From the NCBI RefSeq assembly GCF_009914755.1, contig NC_060925.1: a DNA stretch of 64,000 nt, one strand, 5' to 3'. The translations under genes and the position numbers were made by a program. Positions 32,821 to 50,103 of this stretch are shown here, in pieces (the first letter of the stretch is position 1; each line of letters opens with the position of its first letter). The DNA is from the human T2T-CHM13v2.0 reference genome, Homo sapiens. The notes beneath the pieces were generated by a model, which was given only the letters and a program-made list of their open reading frames with translations, was not told the DNA's origin and searched no databases.

Positions 32821-33391
32821 TGTAAAAATAAATAAAATTTAAAAGCTGTTAGAATCCCCACCCCTGCCAAAAATGCTTTAAGCCCTGAGAGAGATGTGAC
32901 TGTGATCTGAGCCACATATGGTTACCATTTCTGTTCTCAAATTATTGATTAGCTTACTTTTGTATTTTTCTTGTTCACAATGACTAGAGAGAATTAAATG
33001 ATGTCAGGGACAAAAACCTCTCATCTTTTTATTAATGACTCTTGCTAAAGATTAACTTCTCCTTTGTTGTCCTGCTTTGCTAGACCAGATGGCAGAAAAC
33101 CCAGGACTATTATATCCTCTATAAAAGGTCTATGGTTAATGTACCCTTCCCAAAAAGAAACTGCCTATAATCAATTGAATTGCTGTAACTATGTGCCAAC
33201 TTTGTATGAAAAATGTAATCCTGCTAAAACACCTGTCCCTGCCTATCTAAATGGAATCTTAACTTCCCTACTTCAGAATGTTCACCCCATTCCTTTGGAG
33301 TTGGTGTTTCTAGGTGGTCCATCCTCACACTTTGCACTTGAATAAACTCTTTAAATTAGATTTTGACCCTTTCAATTATTTTAGGTTGACA
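32821..33391 (+). mobile_element. ERV1-class solo LTR (LTR24-like)
   Basis: TGTAAAAATAAAT start, AATAAA followed by ...ttaggttgACA end. Confidence 0.65.
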
Positions 33392-34302
33392 CATGTCTGG
33401 GCAACATTTGTCCAAAATATTCAAACACTTAAAAAAAAAGTTTAGCTTTTCCCCAACTTTCATCCATTTTCATTCATCTTGGCCTGTTACACTGCAAGTG
33501 GTGGGTCATATGTTAATTTCTGGCCCATTATGGAGTAAAAAAATGTTGAGAACATTATCCTTATTCATTTAACTTGTTTTTAATACCATGGAGTTTAGTT
33601 CATGGTACTCTGGGAGTTTTCAAACATTTTTCACAATATAGTCATTGCAATATATTCACAATATAAATAAATTTTTTCAGTACATATTCACAACACATTC
33701 TTCACAATAAACACTTATTTGATGCCTAAATTCAAGAAATAGTTGTGGGAGAATCTACTATGTGCTGGGCACTATTCTGGGTGCTGAAATTCAGCAATGA
33801 ACAAAACAAAGTTTCTATTTTACATACCTCATAATGAATTATTCTGTCAATTTGTAATGTTGTATTTATTTTTTATTAAAATTTGTGCACATTTAAGGAG
33901 TACAAGTGCAGTTTTGTTATATGGATAGATTGCATCGTGGTTATGTCTGGGCTTTTAGTGTAACCATTGCCTGAAATTAGCAGTTTTATAGCTGTAAGGT
34001 GATGAAGAAATGGTATAATCCACTAATTTTGCAACAAAATAGACAGGCTGGAGTCTTAAGCTTAAGTAACTTCCCACAAGGTCACCCAATTAATGTCAGA
34101 ACATGAACTAGAGGTTGTTTGATGATTTCTACTATAGGAGGAGAATATTAAACATCTTTGTTATGCGTATCCTGAGATCTTCTACCTTCCCTAGGGCATA
34201 ACAAAAGGGCTGAATTCCAGATGTTTATGTTTAGGGCAGCTTTGTAATTCATTTTTGCTTTTATTATGGTTTTTATCCATCTGTTTTTAAATCTCTTTAC
34301 TC

Positions 34303-34470
34303 AGCCCAGGCCAATTACCATGATGAAATTACCTTTGGTGAAGATACAGTATATGTGATGCAGAGACTGAATGCTTAGTCCTTGGTTGTCGGCTATCACG
34401 TGTCTTTAACATTGAGTCTAATTTATTCCAAGATTCAGTCAGCTGCTCCTTGTAAAACTGGTTCTTTGTT
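34303..34470 (+). repeat. Source of the 168-bp duplicate
   Basis: Continuous with unique flanks, whereas the other copy interrupts an L1. Confidence 0.9.
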
Positions 34471-34652
34471 TACAGTCAGTAATTTATATCATTGTTAAAA
34501 CTCCTAGACTGTGCAATAAAACTTTAGAATGAGGCAATTCAAGGATAAGATGGTCAGAAAGTAAATCAGGTGCCTTGGACTATCCTCCTAGAAAATGAAT
34601 GTAAAAGACACTCTGCGGGACTTAATTTTTAATAATCTAACACATTAGTAAT

Positions 34653-35011
34653 TGTCAGGCCTCTGAGCCCAAGCTAAGCCATCATACACCTGTGACCTGC
34701 ATATACACATCCAGATGGCTGGTTCCTGCCTTAACTGATGACATTGTCTTGTGAAATTCCTTCTCCTGGCTCATCCTGGCTCAAAAGCTCCCCTACTGAG
34801 CACCTTGTGACCCCCACTCTGCCCGCCAGAGAACAACCCCGCTTTGACTGTAATTTTCCTTTATCTACCCAAATCCTATAAAACAGCCCCACCCTTATCT
34901 CCCTTTGCTGACTCTCTTTTTGGACTCAGCCCACCTGCACCCAGATGATTAAAAGCTTTATTGCTCACACAAAGCCTGTTTGGTGGTCTCTTAACATGGC
35001 CGCGCATGAAA
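34653..35011 (+). promoter_or_regulatory. HERV-H 5' LTR7 (359 bp)
   Basis: TGTCAGGCCTCTGAGCCC start, cctataaaa TATA, attaaa, ends catgaaa. Confidence 0.95.
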
Positions 35012-35013
35012 TT

Positions 35014-35031
35014 TGGTGCCGTGACTCGGAT
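35014..35031 (+). other. Primer-binding site for tRNA-His
   Basis: TGGTGCCGTGACTCGGAT is complementary to the tRNA-His 3' end. Confidence 0.95.
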
Positions 35032-36662
35032 CGGGGGACCTCCCTTGGGAGATCAATCCCCTGTCCTCCTGCTCTTTGTTCCATGAAAAAGATCCACCTA
35101 TGACCTGGGGTCCTCAGATCCACCAGCCCAAGGAACATCTCACTAATTTTAAATCAGGTAAGCGGCCTCTGTTTACTCTCTTCTCCAACCTCCCTCACTA
35201 TCCCTCAACCTCTTTCTCCTTTCAATCTTGGTGCCACACTTCAATCTCTCCCTTCTCTTAATTTCAATTCCTTTCATTTTCTGGTAGAGACAGAGGAGAC
35301 AGGTTTTATCCGTGGACCCAAAACTCCGGCGCCGGTCACGGACTAGGGAAGGCAGCCTTCCCTTGGTGTTTAATCATTGCAGGGACACCTCTCTGATTAT
35401 TCACCGAGGTTTCAGACCATGCAGGGATGCCTGCCTTGGTCCTTCACCCTTAGTGGCAAGTCCCGCTTTTCTGGGGGAGGGCCAAGTACCCCAACCCCTT
35501 CTCTCCATGTCTCTACCCCTTCTCCACTTTTCTGGGGCAGGGGCAAGAACCCCTCAACCCCTTCTCTTTCACTCTTAGTGGCAAGTCCCACTTTTCTAGG
35601 GGACAAGAACCCCCAATCCCTTATTTCCATGCCCCGACCTCTTATCTCTGCGTCCCAACCCCTTATTTCTGCACCCTGACCCCTTTCCCGCTTTCCTGGA
35701 AGGTAAGAACCTATGAACCCCTTCCCTCCATGTCTCTACTCTCTCTTTTCTCTGGGCTTACCTCCTTCACTATGGGCAACCTTCCACCCTCCATTCCTCC
35801 TTCTTCTCCCTTAGCCTGTGTTCTCGAGAACTTAAAACCTCTTCAACTCACACCTGACCTAAAACCTAAATGCCTTATCTTCTGCAATGCTGCTTGACCC
35901 CAGTATAAACTCGACAGTGGTTCCAAATAGCCAGAAAATGGCATTTTCAATTTTTCCATGCTACAAGATCTAAATAATTCTTGTCATAAAATGGGCAAAC
36001 GGTCTGAGGTGCCTGACATCCAGGCATTCTTTTATACATTGTTCCCTCCCTAGTCCCTGTTCCCAATGCGACTCATCCCAGATCCTCCTTCTTTCCCTCC
36101 CACCTGTCCCCTCAGTCCCAACCCCAAGCATCGCTGAGTCTTTCTAATCTTCCTTTTCTACAGACCCATCTGACCTCTCCCCTTCTCGCCAGGCTGAGCC
36201 AGGTCCCAATTCTTCCTCAGCCTCTGCTCCCCCACCCTATAATCCTTTTATCACCTCCCCTCCTCACACCGGGTCCAGCTTACAGTTTCGTTCTGCAACT
36301 AGCCTTCCCCCACCTGCCCAGCAATTTCCTCCTAAAAAGGTGGCTGGAGCTAAAGGCATAGTCTTTGACCTCTCCCAAAATCAGTTAGCATTTAGGCTCT
36401 TTTTCATCACATATAAAAACCCAGCCCAGTTCATGGCTCATTTGGCAGCAACCCTGAGACGCTTTACAGCCCTAGACCCTGAAAGGTCAGAAGGCCGTCT
36501 TATTCTCAATATGCATTTTATTACCCAATCTGCTCCCGACATGAAATAAAGCTCCAAAAATTAAATTCCGGCCCTCAAACCCCACAACAGGACTTAATTA
36601 ACCTCACCTTCAAGGTGTACAATAACAGAGTAGAGGCAGCCAAGTAGCAATGTATTTCTGAG

Positions 36663-36875
36663 TTGCAATTCCTTGCCTCCACTGTGAGACAAACCCCAGC
36701 CACATCTCCAGCACACAAGAACTCCAAACGCCTGAACTGCAGCTGCCAGGGGTTCCTCCAGAAACTTCCCCCAGGAGCTTGCTACAAGTGCCAGAAATCT
36801 GGCCACTGGGACAAGGAATGCCCACAGCTCGGGATTCCTCCTAAGCTGCGTCCCATCTGTGTGGGACCCCACTGA
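36663..36875 (+). pseudogene. HERV-H gag nucleocapsid remnant
   Basis: CCHC zinc knuckle CYKCQKSGHWDKEC. Confidence 0.85.
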
Positions 36876-37046
36876 AAATCGGACTGTTCAACTCACCTGG
36901 CAGCCACTTCCAGAGCCCCTGGAACTCTGGCCCAAGGCTCTCTGACTCCTTCCCAGATCTTCTCAGCTTAGCAGCTGAAGACTGACACTGCCTGATCGCC
37001 TCAGAAGCCTACAGGACCATCACAGATGCTCTAGATAACTCTCACA

Positions 37047-37838
37047 GTGGAGGGTAAGTCCGTCCCCTTCTTAGTCAATATGGAGGCTACCCACTCCACA
37101 TTACCTTCTTTTCAAGGGCCTGTTTCCCTTGCCTCCATAACTGTTGTGGGTATTGATGGCCAGGCTTCTAAACCTCTTAAAACTCCCCAACTCTGGTGCC
37201 AACTTAGAAAACATTCTTTTATGCACTCTTTTTTAGTTATCCCCACCTGCCCAGTTCCCTTATTAGGCCAAGACATTTTAACTAAATTATCTGCTTCCCT
37301 GACTATTCCTGGACTACAGCTGCATCTCATTGCCGCCCTTCTCCCCAACCCGAAGCCTCCTTTGCATCTTCCTCTCGTATCCCCCAACCTTAACCCACAA
37401 GTATGGGACATCTCTACTCCCTCCCTGGCAACCGATCACATGCCCATTACCATCCCATTAAAACCTAATCACCCTTACCCCACTCAATGCCAATATCCCA
37501 TCCCACAGCATGCTTTAAAAGGATTAAAACCTGTTATCACTTTCCTGTTACAGCATGGCCTTTTGAAGCCTATATACTCTTCTTACCATTCCCCCATTTT
37601 ACCTGTCCTGAAACCAGACAAGGCTTACAGGTTAGTTCAGAATCTGCGCCTTATCAACCAAATTGTTTTGCCTATCCACCCCATGGTGCCAAACCCATAT
37701 ACTCTCCTATCCTCAATACCTGCCTCTACAACCCATTATTCTGTTCTGGTTCTCAAACATGCTTTCTTTACTATTCCTTTGCACCCTTCATCCCAGCCTC
37801 TCTTTGCTTTCACTTACACTGACCCTGGCACCCATTAG
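37047..37838 (+). pseudogene. HERV-H protease plus RT N-terminus (defective)
   Basis: FLVNMEATHS (degenerate DTGA), PLLGQDIL, SPILPVLKPD, YRLVQNLR. Stops before any YxDD. Confidence 0.9.
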
Positions 37839-39795
37839 GCTCAGCAAATTACCTGGGTTGTACTGCCGCAAGTCTTCACAGACAGCCCCCATTACTTCAG
37901 ACAAGCCCAAATTTCATCCTCATCTGTTACCTATCTCGGCATAATTCTCATAAAAACACACGTGCTCTCCCTGCTGATTGTGTCCGATTAATCTCCCAAA
38001 CCTCAATCCCTTACAAAACAACTCCTTTCTTTCCTAGGCATGGTTAGTGCAGTCAGAATTCTTACACAAGAGCCAGGACTGCACCCTGTAGCCTTTCTGT
38101 CCAAAAGACTTGACTTTACTGTTTAGCCTAGCCCTCATGTCTGTGTGCAGCGGCTGCCGCTGCTTTAATACTTTTAGAGGCCCTAAAAATCACAAACTAT
38201 GCTCAACTCACTCTCTACATTTCTCATAACTTCCAAAATCTATTTTCTTCCTCATACCTGACGCATACACTTTCTGCTCCCCGGCTCCTTCAGCTATACT
38301 CACTCTTTGTTAAGTCCCACAATTACCATTATTCCTGGTCCGGACTTCAATCTGGCCTCCCACATTATTCCTGATACCACACCTGACCCCCATGACTGTA
38401 TCTCTCTGATCCACCTGACATTCACCCCATTTCCCCATATTTCCTTCTTTCCTGTTCCTCACCCTGATCACACTTGATTTATTGATGGCAGTTCCACCAG
38501 GCCTAATGAACACACACCAGCAAAGGCAGGTTATACTATAGTACAAGCCACTAGCCTGCCTCTTAGAACCTCTCATTTCCTTTCCATCATGGAAATCTAT
38601 CCTCAAGGAAATAACTTCTCAGTGTTCCATCTGCTATTCTACTGCTCCTCAGGGATTATTCAGGGCCCCTCCCTTCCCTACACATCAAGCTCAAGGATTT
38701 GCCCCCACCCAGGACTGGCAAATTAGCTTTACTCAACATGCCCCGAGACATAACTAAAATACCTCTTAGTCTAGGTAGACACTTTCACTGGATAAGTAGA
38801 GGCCTTTCCTACAGGGTCTGAGAAGGCTACCGCAGTCATTTCTTCCCTTCTGTCAGACATAATTCCTCAGTTTAACCTTCCCACCTCTATACAGTCTGAT
38901 AACAGACCAGCCTTTATTAGTCAAATCAGCCAAGCATTTTTTCAGGCTCTTAGTATTCAGTGAAACCTTTATGTCAATTACAGTCCCAAGTCTTCAGGAA
39001 AAGTAGAACAGACTAATAGTCTTAAAAACACACCTCACCAAGCTCAGCCACCAACTTAAAAAAGACTGGACAATACTTTTACCACTTTCCCTTCTCAGAA
39101 GTCAGAGCTGTCCTCAGAATGCTACAAGGGACAGCCCATTTAAGCTCCTGTATAGATGCTCCTTTTTATTAGGTCCCAGTCTCATTCCAGACACCAGAGC
39201 AACTTAGACTGTGCCCCCAAAAAACTTGTCATCCCTACTATCTTCTGTCTAGTCATACTCCTATTCACCATTCTCAACTACTCACACATGCCCTGCTTTT
39301 GTTTACACTGCCAGTTTACACTGTTTCTCTAAGCCATCACAGCTGATATCTCCTGGTGCTATCCCCAAACTGCCACTCTAAACTCTTGAAGTAAATAAAT
39401 AATCTTTGCTGGCAGGACTATGCTGAATCTCCTTAGGCACTCTCTAATCAGGTGTCCTGGGTCCTCCCAATTCTTAGGCCTTTTATACCTGTTTTTCTCC
39501 TTCTCTTATTCCATTTAGTTTTTCAATTCATACAAAACCATATCCAGGCCATCACCAATAATTCTACACGACAAATATTTCTTCTAACAACCCCACAATA
39601 TCACCCCTTACCACAAAATCTTCCTTCAGCTTAATCTCTCCCACTCTAGGTTCCCACGCCGCCCCTAATCCCGCTCGAAGCAGCCCTGAGAAATATCGCC
39701 CATTATCTCTCCACACCACCCCCCAAAATTTTCACCATCCCAACACTTTACCACTATTTCATTTTATTTTTCTTATTAATATAAGAAGACAGGAA

Positions 39796-40200
39796 TGTCA
39801 GGCCTCTGAGCCCAAGCTAAACCATCATATCCCTGTGACCTGCACGTACACATCCAGATGGCCCGTTTCTGCCTTAACTGATGACATTCCACCACAAAAG
39901 AAGTGAAAATGGCCTGTTCCTGCCTTAACTGATGACATTTTCTTGTGAAATTCCTGGCTCATCCTGGCTCAAAAGCTCCCCTACTGAGCACCTTGTGACC
40001 CCCCACTCTGCCCTCCAGAGAACAACCCCCCTTGACTGTAATTTTCCTTTATCTACCCAAATCCTATAAAATGGCCCCACCCTTATCTCCCTTCGCTGAC
40101 TCTTTTCGGACTCAGCCCACCTGCACCCAGGTGATTAAAAGCTTTATTGCTCACACAAAGCCTTTTTGGTGGTCTCTTAATACGGACGACGCGCATGAAA
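39796..40200 (+). promoter_or_regulatory. HERV-H 3' LTR7 (405 bp)
   Basis: Direct repeat of the 5' LTR with an extra 51-bp U3 unit. Confidence 0.95.
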
Positions 40201-41540
40201 GTAATCATCTCTGCTATATCCTTTCAGTCCTGCCAGAAACACTTAGAAATGGATTTGGTAGAAGGAAGAAAGCAGGCTAAGAGATCTAGTACTTCAGCAC
40301 TACATTGTAGGAAGCAAGTGAAAGCCAAGAAAGCAAACATTTTGCCACTTAATGTAATTTCACCAATAAATATGAGGTGCCAGAAAATTGATGTTTAGGT
40401 CCCAGGAGGCAAAAGATGGTTTAACTTTACTGCCTACTTTAGTTCACTTTTAGGCATGGTTTATCAGAAAAAATTTGAGACATGGCACTAACCTTTATTA
40501 ATGAAGGTATTAACCTTTATGTAATGAAAAGTAGCACTTCTTTTCCAAAACCCCATTACAGCAACATGTGTAAATGTTGCACAAAAAGACCTATCTATGC
40601 AAATATATTGTCACTCAGAATGAATTGAAAGCATTCAAATAATTTTTTGTAAATGATTATTTGGTATTACAAACTAAATCAGGTGAGAGATGACTTTGTC
40701 AAGCACCAACTCCCAGATTCTCATTTCTCTTGACCCTTGACCACGCTGAGGACCATATACCAGGAAAACTGCACCTGAGCAGGAGAATGGATCTAACCAC
40801 TAGAATTTGTTTTTCAATGTGTCCTGAGAGCACGCTTTTTGACCATGGTCCTTCCTAGGCCTTACTACCTTTCTCTCTGGGAACCAACACAGAAATCTTT
40901 CTGTGACTTTCTGGTTCAAAGAAGCTGAAGGAGCTTACAAGCCAGAGGTAATGATATAGCCCCAGAACTTTAATGATGCATAAAAGCATATTAGAGTAAT
41001 TTCATATTAATATAAAAATCTTATTTTTCTTTTTCTTATATAACCTAGTTTAGGAAAATAATAATAACCATAAAGTAAGAAGTGATTAGTGCATTACCCT
41101 TTGGAAGAGAGTCTACCTTTGCTGGCCTCTCCCTCTAGGGTCAAATTTCAGAGTGATTTTGATGCTGGTGCTCTAGAGCCACCATGTTTATTTCCTTGTA
41201 GAAATTAAGAAGCAAAATGTTAGTCATTAATGGGAAGATGCCAGAGAATGCAGAGCCATTTTTAGAATAGGGGAGTCAGCATTTCTAAAAAGCTTGTTAT
41301 ATATTCATGAGATTTCTTTTATTATTATTATTATTATTATACTTTAAGTTTTAGGGTACATGTGCACAATGTGCAGGTTAGTTACATATGTATACATGTG
41401 CCATGCTGGTGCGCTGCACCCACTAACTCGTCATCTAGCATTAGGTCTATCTCCCAATGCTATCCCTCCCCCCTCACCCCACTCCACAACAGTCCCCAGA
41501 GTGTGATGTTCCCCTTCCTGTGTCCATGTGCTCTCACTGT

Positions 41541-45370
<3,830 letters not shown>

Positions 45371-45433
45371 TATGCTGTTAGCTGGTTATTTTGCTCGTTA
45401 GTTGATGCGGTTTCTTCCTAGTCTCGATGGTCT

Positions 45434-46450
45434 TTACATTTTGGCATGATTTTGCAGTGGCTGGTACTGGTTGTTCCTTTCCATGTTTAGCACTTCCTTC
45501 AGGAGCTCTTTTAGGGCAGGCCTGGTGGTGACAAAATCTCTCAGCATTTGCTTGTCTGTAAAGTATTTTATTTCTCCTTCACTTATGAAGCTTAGTTTGG
45601 CTGGATATGAAATTCTGGGTTGAAAATTCTTTTCTTTAAGAATGTTGAATATTGGCCCCCACTCTCTTCTGGCTTGTAGAGTTTCTGCCAAGAGATCTGC
45701 TGTTAGTCTGATGGGCTTCCCTTTGAGGGTAACCCGACCTTTCTCTCTGGCTGCCCTTAACATTTTTTCCTTCATTTCAACTTTGGTGAATCTGACAATT
45801 ATGTGTCTTGGAGTTGCTCTTCTCGAGGAGTATCTTTGTGGCATTCTCTGTATTTCCTGAATCTGAATGTTGGCCTGCCTTGCTAGATTGGGGAAGTTCT
45901 CCTGGATAATATCCTGCAGAGTGTTTTCCAACTTGGTTCCATTCTCCCCATCACTTTCAGGTACACCAATCAGACGTAGATTTGGTCTTTTCACATAGTC
46001 TCATATTTCTCGGAGGCTTTGTTCGTTTCTTTTTATTCTTTTTTCTCTAAACTTCCCTTCTCGCTTCATTTCATTCATTTCTTCTTCCATCGCTGATACC
46101 CTTTCTTCCAGTTGATCGCATCGGCTCCTGAGGCTTCTGCATTCTTCACGTAGTTCTCGAGCCTTGGTTTTCAGCTCCATCAGCTCCTTTAAGCACTTCT
46201 CTCTATTGGTTATTCTAGTTATACATTCTTCTAAATTTTTTTCAAAGTTTTCAACTTCTTTGCCTTTGGTTTGAATTTCCTCCTGTAGCTCGGAGTAGTT
46301 TGATCATCTGAAGCCTTCTTGTCTCAGCTTGTCAAAGTCATTCTCCATCCAGCTTTGTTCCATTGCTGGTGAGGAACTGCATTCCTTTGGAGGAGGAGAG
46401 GCACTCTGCTTTTTAGAGTTTCCAGTTTTTCTGCTCTGTTTTTTCCCCAT
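45434..46450 (-). pseudogene. L1 ORF1 (338 codons, in frame, two nonsense codons)
   Basis: ATG GGG AAA AAA CAG at 46450. TGA at codon 49 (46304-46306) and codon 150 (46001-46003). Confidence 0.93.
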
Positions 46451-47033
46451 CTTTGTGGTTTTATCTACTTTTGGTCTTTGATGATGGTGATGTACAGATG
46501 GGTTTTTGGTGTGGATGTCCTTTCTGTTTGTTAGTTTTCCTTCTAACAGACAGGACCCTCAGCTGCAGGTCTGTTGGAGTTTGCTAGAGGTCCACTCCAG
46601 ACCCTGTTTGCCTGGGTATCAGCAGTGGTGTCTGCAGAACAGTGGTTTTTCGTGAACCGGGAATGCTGCTATCTGATCGTTCCTCTGGAAGTTTTGTCTC
46701 AGAGGAGTACCCCGCCATGTAAGGTGTCAGTCTGCCCTTGCTGGGGGGTGCCTCCCAGTTAGGCTGCTCAGGGGTCAGGGTTCAGGGACCCACTTGAGGA
46801 GGCAGTCTGCCTGTTCTCAGATCTCCAGCTGTGTGCTGGGAGAACCACTGCTCCCTTCAAAGCTGTCACTCAGGGACATTTAAGTCTGCAGAGGTTACTG
46901 CTGTCATTTTGTTTGTTTGTGCCCTGGCCCCAGAGGTGGAGCCTACAGAGGCAGGCAGTCCTCCTTGAGCTGTGGTGGGCTTCACCCAGTTCGAGCTTCC
47001 CGGCTGCTTTGTTTACCTAATCAAGCCTGGGCA

Positions 47034-47342
47034 ATGGCCGGCACCCCTCCCCCAGCCTTGCTGCCGCCTTGCAGTTTGATCTCAGACTGCTGTGCTAGCA
47101 ATCAGCGAGACTCCGTGGGCGTAGGACCCTCTGAGCCAGGTGTGGGATATAATCTCCTGGTGCGCTGTTTTTTAAGGCCGTCGGAAAAGCGCAGTATTGT
47201 GGTGGGAGTGACCCGATTTTCCAGGTGCCGTCTGTCACTCCTTTCTTTGACTAGGAAAGGGAACTCCCGGACCCCTTGGGCTTCCCGAGTGAGGCAATGC
47301 CTCGCCCTGCTTCGGCTCGTGCATGGTGCACACACCCACTGA
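47034..47342 (+). CDS. L1 antisense ORF0-like reading frame (102 aa); expression unknown
   Basis: MAGTPPPALLPPCSLISDCCASNQRDSVGVGPSEPG matches the ORF0 N-terminus, with good Kozak context gcaATGg. Confidence 0.6.
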   Translation: MAGTPPPALLPPCSLISDCCASNQRDSVGVGPSEPGVGYNLLVRCFLRPSEKRSIVVGVTRFSRCRLSLLSLTRKGNSRTPWASRVRQCLALLRLVHGAHTH

Positions 47343-49806
47343 CCTGCACCCACTGTCTGGCACTCCCTAGTGAGATCAACCCGGTACCTCAGATGGAAAT
47401 GCAGAAATCACCCATCTTCTGCGTCGCTCACGCTGGGAGCTGTAGACCAGAGCTGTTCCTGTTCGGCCATCTTGGCTCCTCCCCCCGAGATTTCTTTTAT
47501 ATGAATTTATCTAGTAGTTTTTGTTTGTCACCTTTAATGTAAGTACTTGGATTGGGAAGGCTGACTGAGGGCTTACAGACAATACATAGTCCTATACAGA
47601 GCCCAGTGGAGAAGCAGCCTAGGAGTTTGAGCAGAGGTTCAAATTTTGTCACATTTATTGTGTGTATTTGGGCAAGATTTTGTCACATTTATTGTGTTTA
47701 TTTGGGCAAGTTATTTAACCTCTGTAAACCTCAATTGTTTTAAGTTGTCTAATGGAAATGATCATAAATACTTTTTAAGGTTGAGTGTAACATGTGATAG
47801 TAAATACATAGGGCTTAGAGTAATTCCTGGTAATAGCAAAGCACAGATTTACGAGACTTGCCCTTAAGGAAATTAAGTTTTATCATCATATTCCAATTAA
47901 TTTCAACTAATAAATACTTGTCTTTTTGCCTACTATGTGCCAAGCACTGTATTTAGCTTCAGGATATGACTGTGAACAATATAGAAATGAGAGCTTTTGG
48001 CCCAGATGGCAACAATGGTGAAGACTGAAAAAAGGGAACTCTGAGAGGTGCTCTAATTTGGAAAATTTCGGAATGGCTCACTCTCCTCTTCCTCATTCCA
48101 AAAAGAGCCCAGTAGAGATGGCTTTTATTTACCTCATGGCTAAAGTAATTATATATGCCCAGACTAAGGTTGGGTTTGACATTTTTATAACAAAATTATT
48201 ATTGACCTTTCATGATACTTGTTATGGAATTTATATCTCAGCTTGTGTAATTGATGTATTAGTGCTTATTTACAATTTCTAGGTAATGATTTTATAGAAA
48301 ATTTATACTCTTGTGATAGTCTCCTTTGGAGCCCTGTGGAAATTTGAAACACTGAATGAAACTCATTACAGAATGATATTCATAAATATAATTAATATTT
48401 AACAAGACTATGTCATTCATATATAAAACTAGGAAACTCAATGAAACTAAATTTTTGATCTTGTGAGTCTGACCCCAAGGCTAAATCTCTGGTATATTTA
48501 TAATGTAAATTTTTAAAAATTCCACTTGCTGCCTTCATGAGGCTCACGTAGTAATCTTCAGGGGACATTGTACTTACATCTGCTGCTATTTATAGGTTGC
48601 CAGTAATTGAGGTTGTCGTAACTGGGTGTTTAGTTCATTTATTCTCATCTTCCTCCCAAATTTTTCAGGGAAAAATTTTGTGTTGAATTGGCAAATACTA
48701 ACTTGAGAGGCATAGAGCATACAAATAATTGGTATGTCATTGTTTATTGGCTGAAACAAAGATAAACTAATAATTAACAGATAAACCATTGTAGATTGTA
48801 TTACTATTGCATTTCAGATGGTAATGAATTCCATAGGAAATATACAAATTATGCAATAGTAACAAAGAGACTCCTAAGTTTTTCAAAACACCAGGTTGGA
48901 TTTCTTTAAAAATCTAGGCTTACCAGAGTTTAAAGTATTTCAAGACCTTGTCTGTAAAAAGGGCTGCTAGTCTAGGATGCATTTCAGGCAGACTAGGCAG
49001 TCCAGCTGGGAAAAGTCAGGACTGGTGACTGGCATAGGTGGTACATCTGGTAGGGCTAGGTTTACAGTAGGTGGTGGTTTCTAGTAAGAGTAGTAATAAC
49101 TATATGGCAACGTCTAATGCAAGTAGAGGCATAAAAATTAATAGAGTGCCTTCTGTGGGCTGGGGACCATGCTGGACACTAGAGACCCAAAATGTGATAA
49201 CTTGATGTCTGTCTTCAAATGCCCCTCAATTTACCATCTTGAGCCTATTTGTTAGGCCTTGCTTACTTTCTGATTTTTTTTTTTTTCTGTTGATAAAGCC
49301 ATCATGACTTGGACCCTGCATTAGATAGAAAGTCCTGATTAGTATCTCTACATGTTGTACATAAAGTCCCACCTGAAGTCGAGGCCTTTACAGGGCTAAA
49401 CCAGAAACAATAGCGTTAACCATGAAACAAATGTGAGAAAAACATTGCTATCAAATTTATTAACTTAAGTGGGAAAAATATGGCATTTACTTGGTTCTGA
49501 GCATGAATATTTGGAAGCAATAATAAAAATTTACTTTGACTTTACCCATATAATATGCATATAACTTTCAGCTTGCTCTGCACATTAGAACTTACATTCA
49601 TCCATAAAATTTGCACATTGCCTACTTGATGAGTTCCTGTCTCATTTGGTGTTGGACTATGAGTGTGTTCTTGTGGTCTCTCTTGGAAGGTAGTTATAAT
49701 GAAATCCATAGGCAGGAGGAGGAGTGAGAACATTCACAGACAATGTCATCATACATTTGGAAAAAATTAAACAATACTTCTTTTCCCATCTTAAAAATCA
49801 ACAACA

Positions 49807-50103
<297 letters not shown>

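Larger units (their letters stand above)
34653..40200 (+). mobile_element. HERV-H provirus, common deleted form (5548 bp, env largely absent)
   Basis: Two LTR7, His PBS, PPT aagaagacaggaa (39783-39795), 5-bp TSD GTAAT at 34648-34652 and 40201-40205. Confidence 0.97.

Noticed and set aside
34320-34370. C/D-box snoRNA in the duplicated donor (ATGATGA...CTGA)
   Set aside because: Only about 51 nt between the boxes and no terminal stem; likely chance.
35440-35720. Tandem-like repeats in the HERV-H leader
   Set aside because: A normal feature of HERV-H pre-gag sequence.
37047-37838. 263-aa HERV-H pro-pol ORF as a functional enzyme
   Set aside because: Protease catalytic Asp is replaced (NMEA) and RT ends before the YxDD motif.
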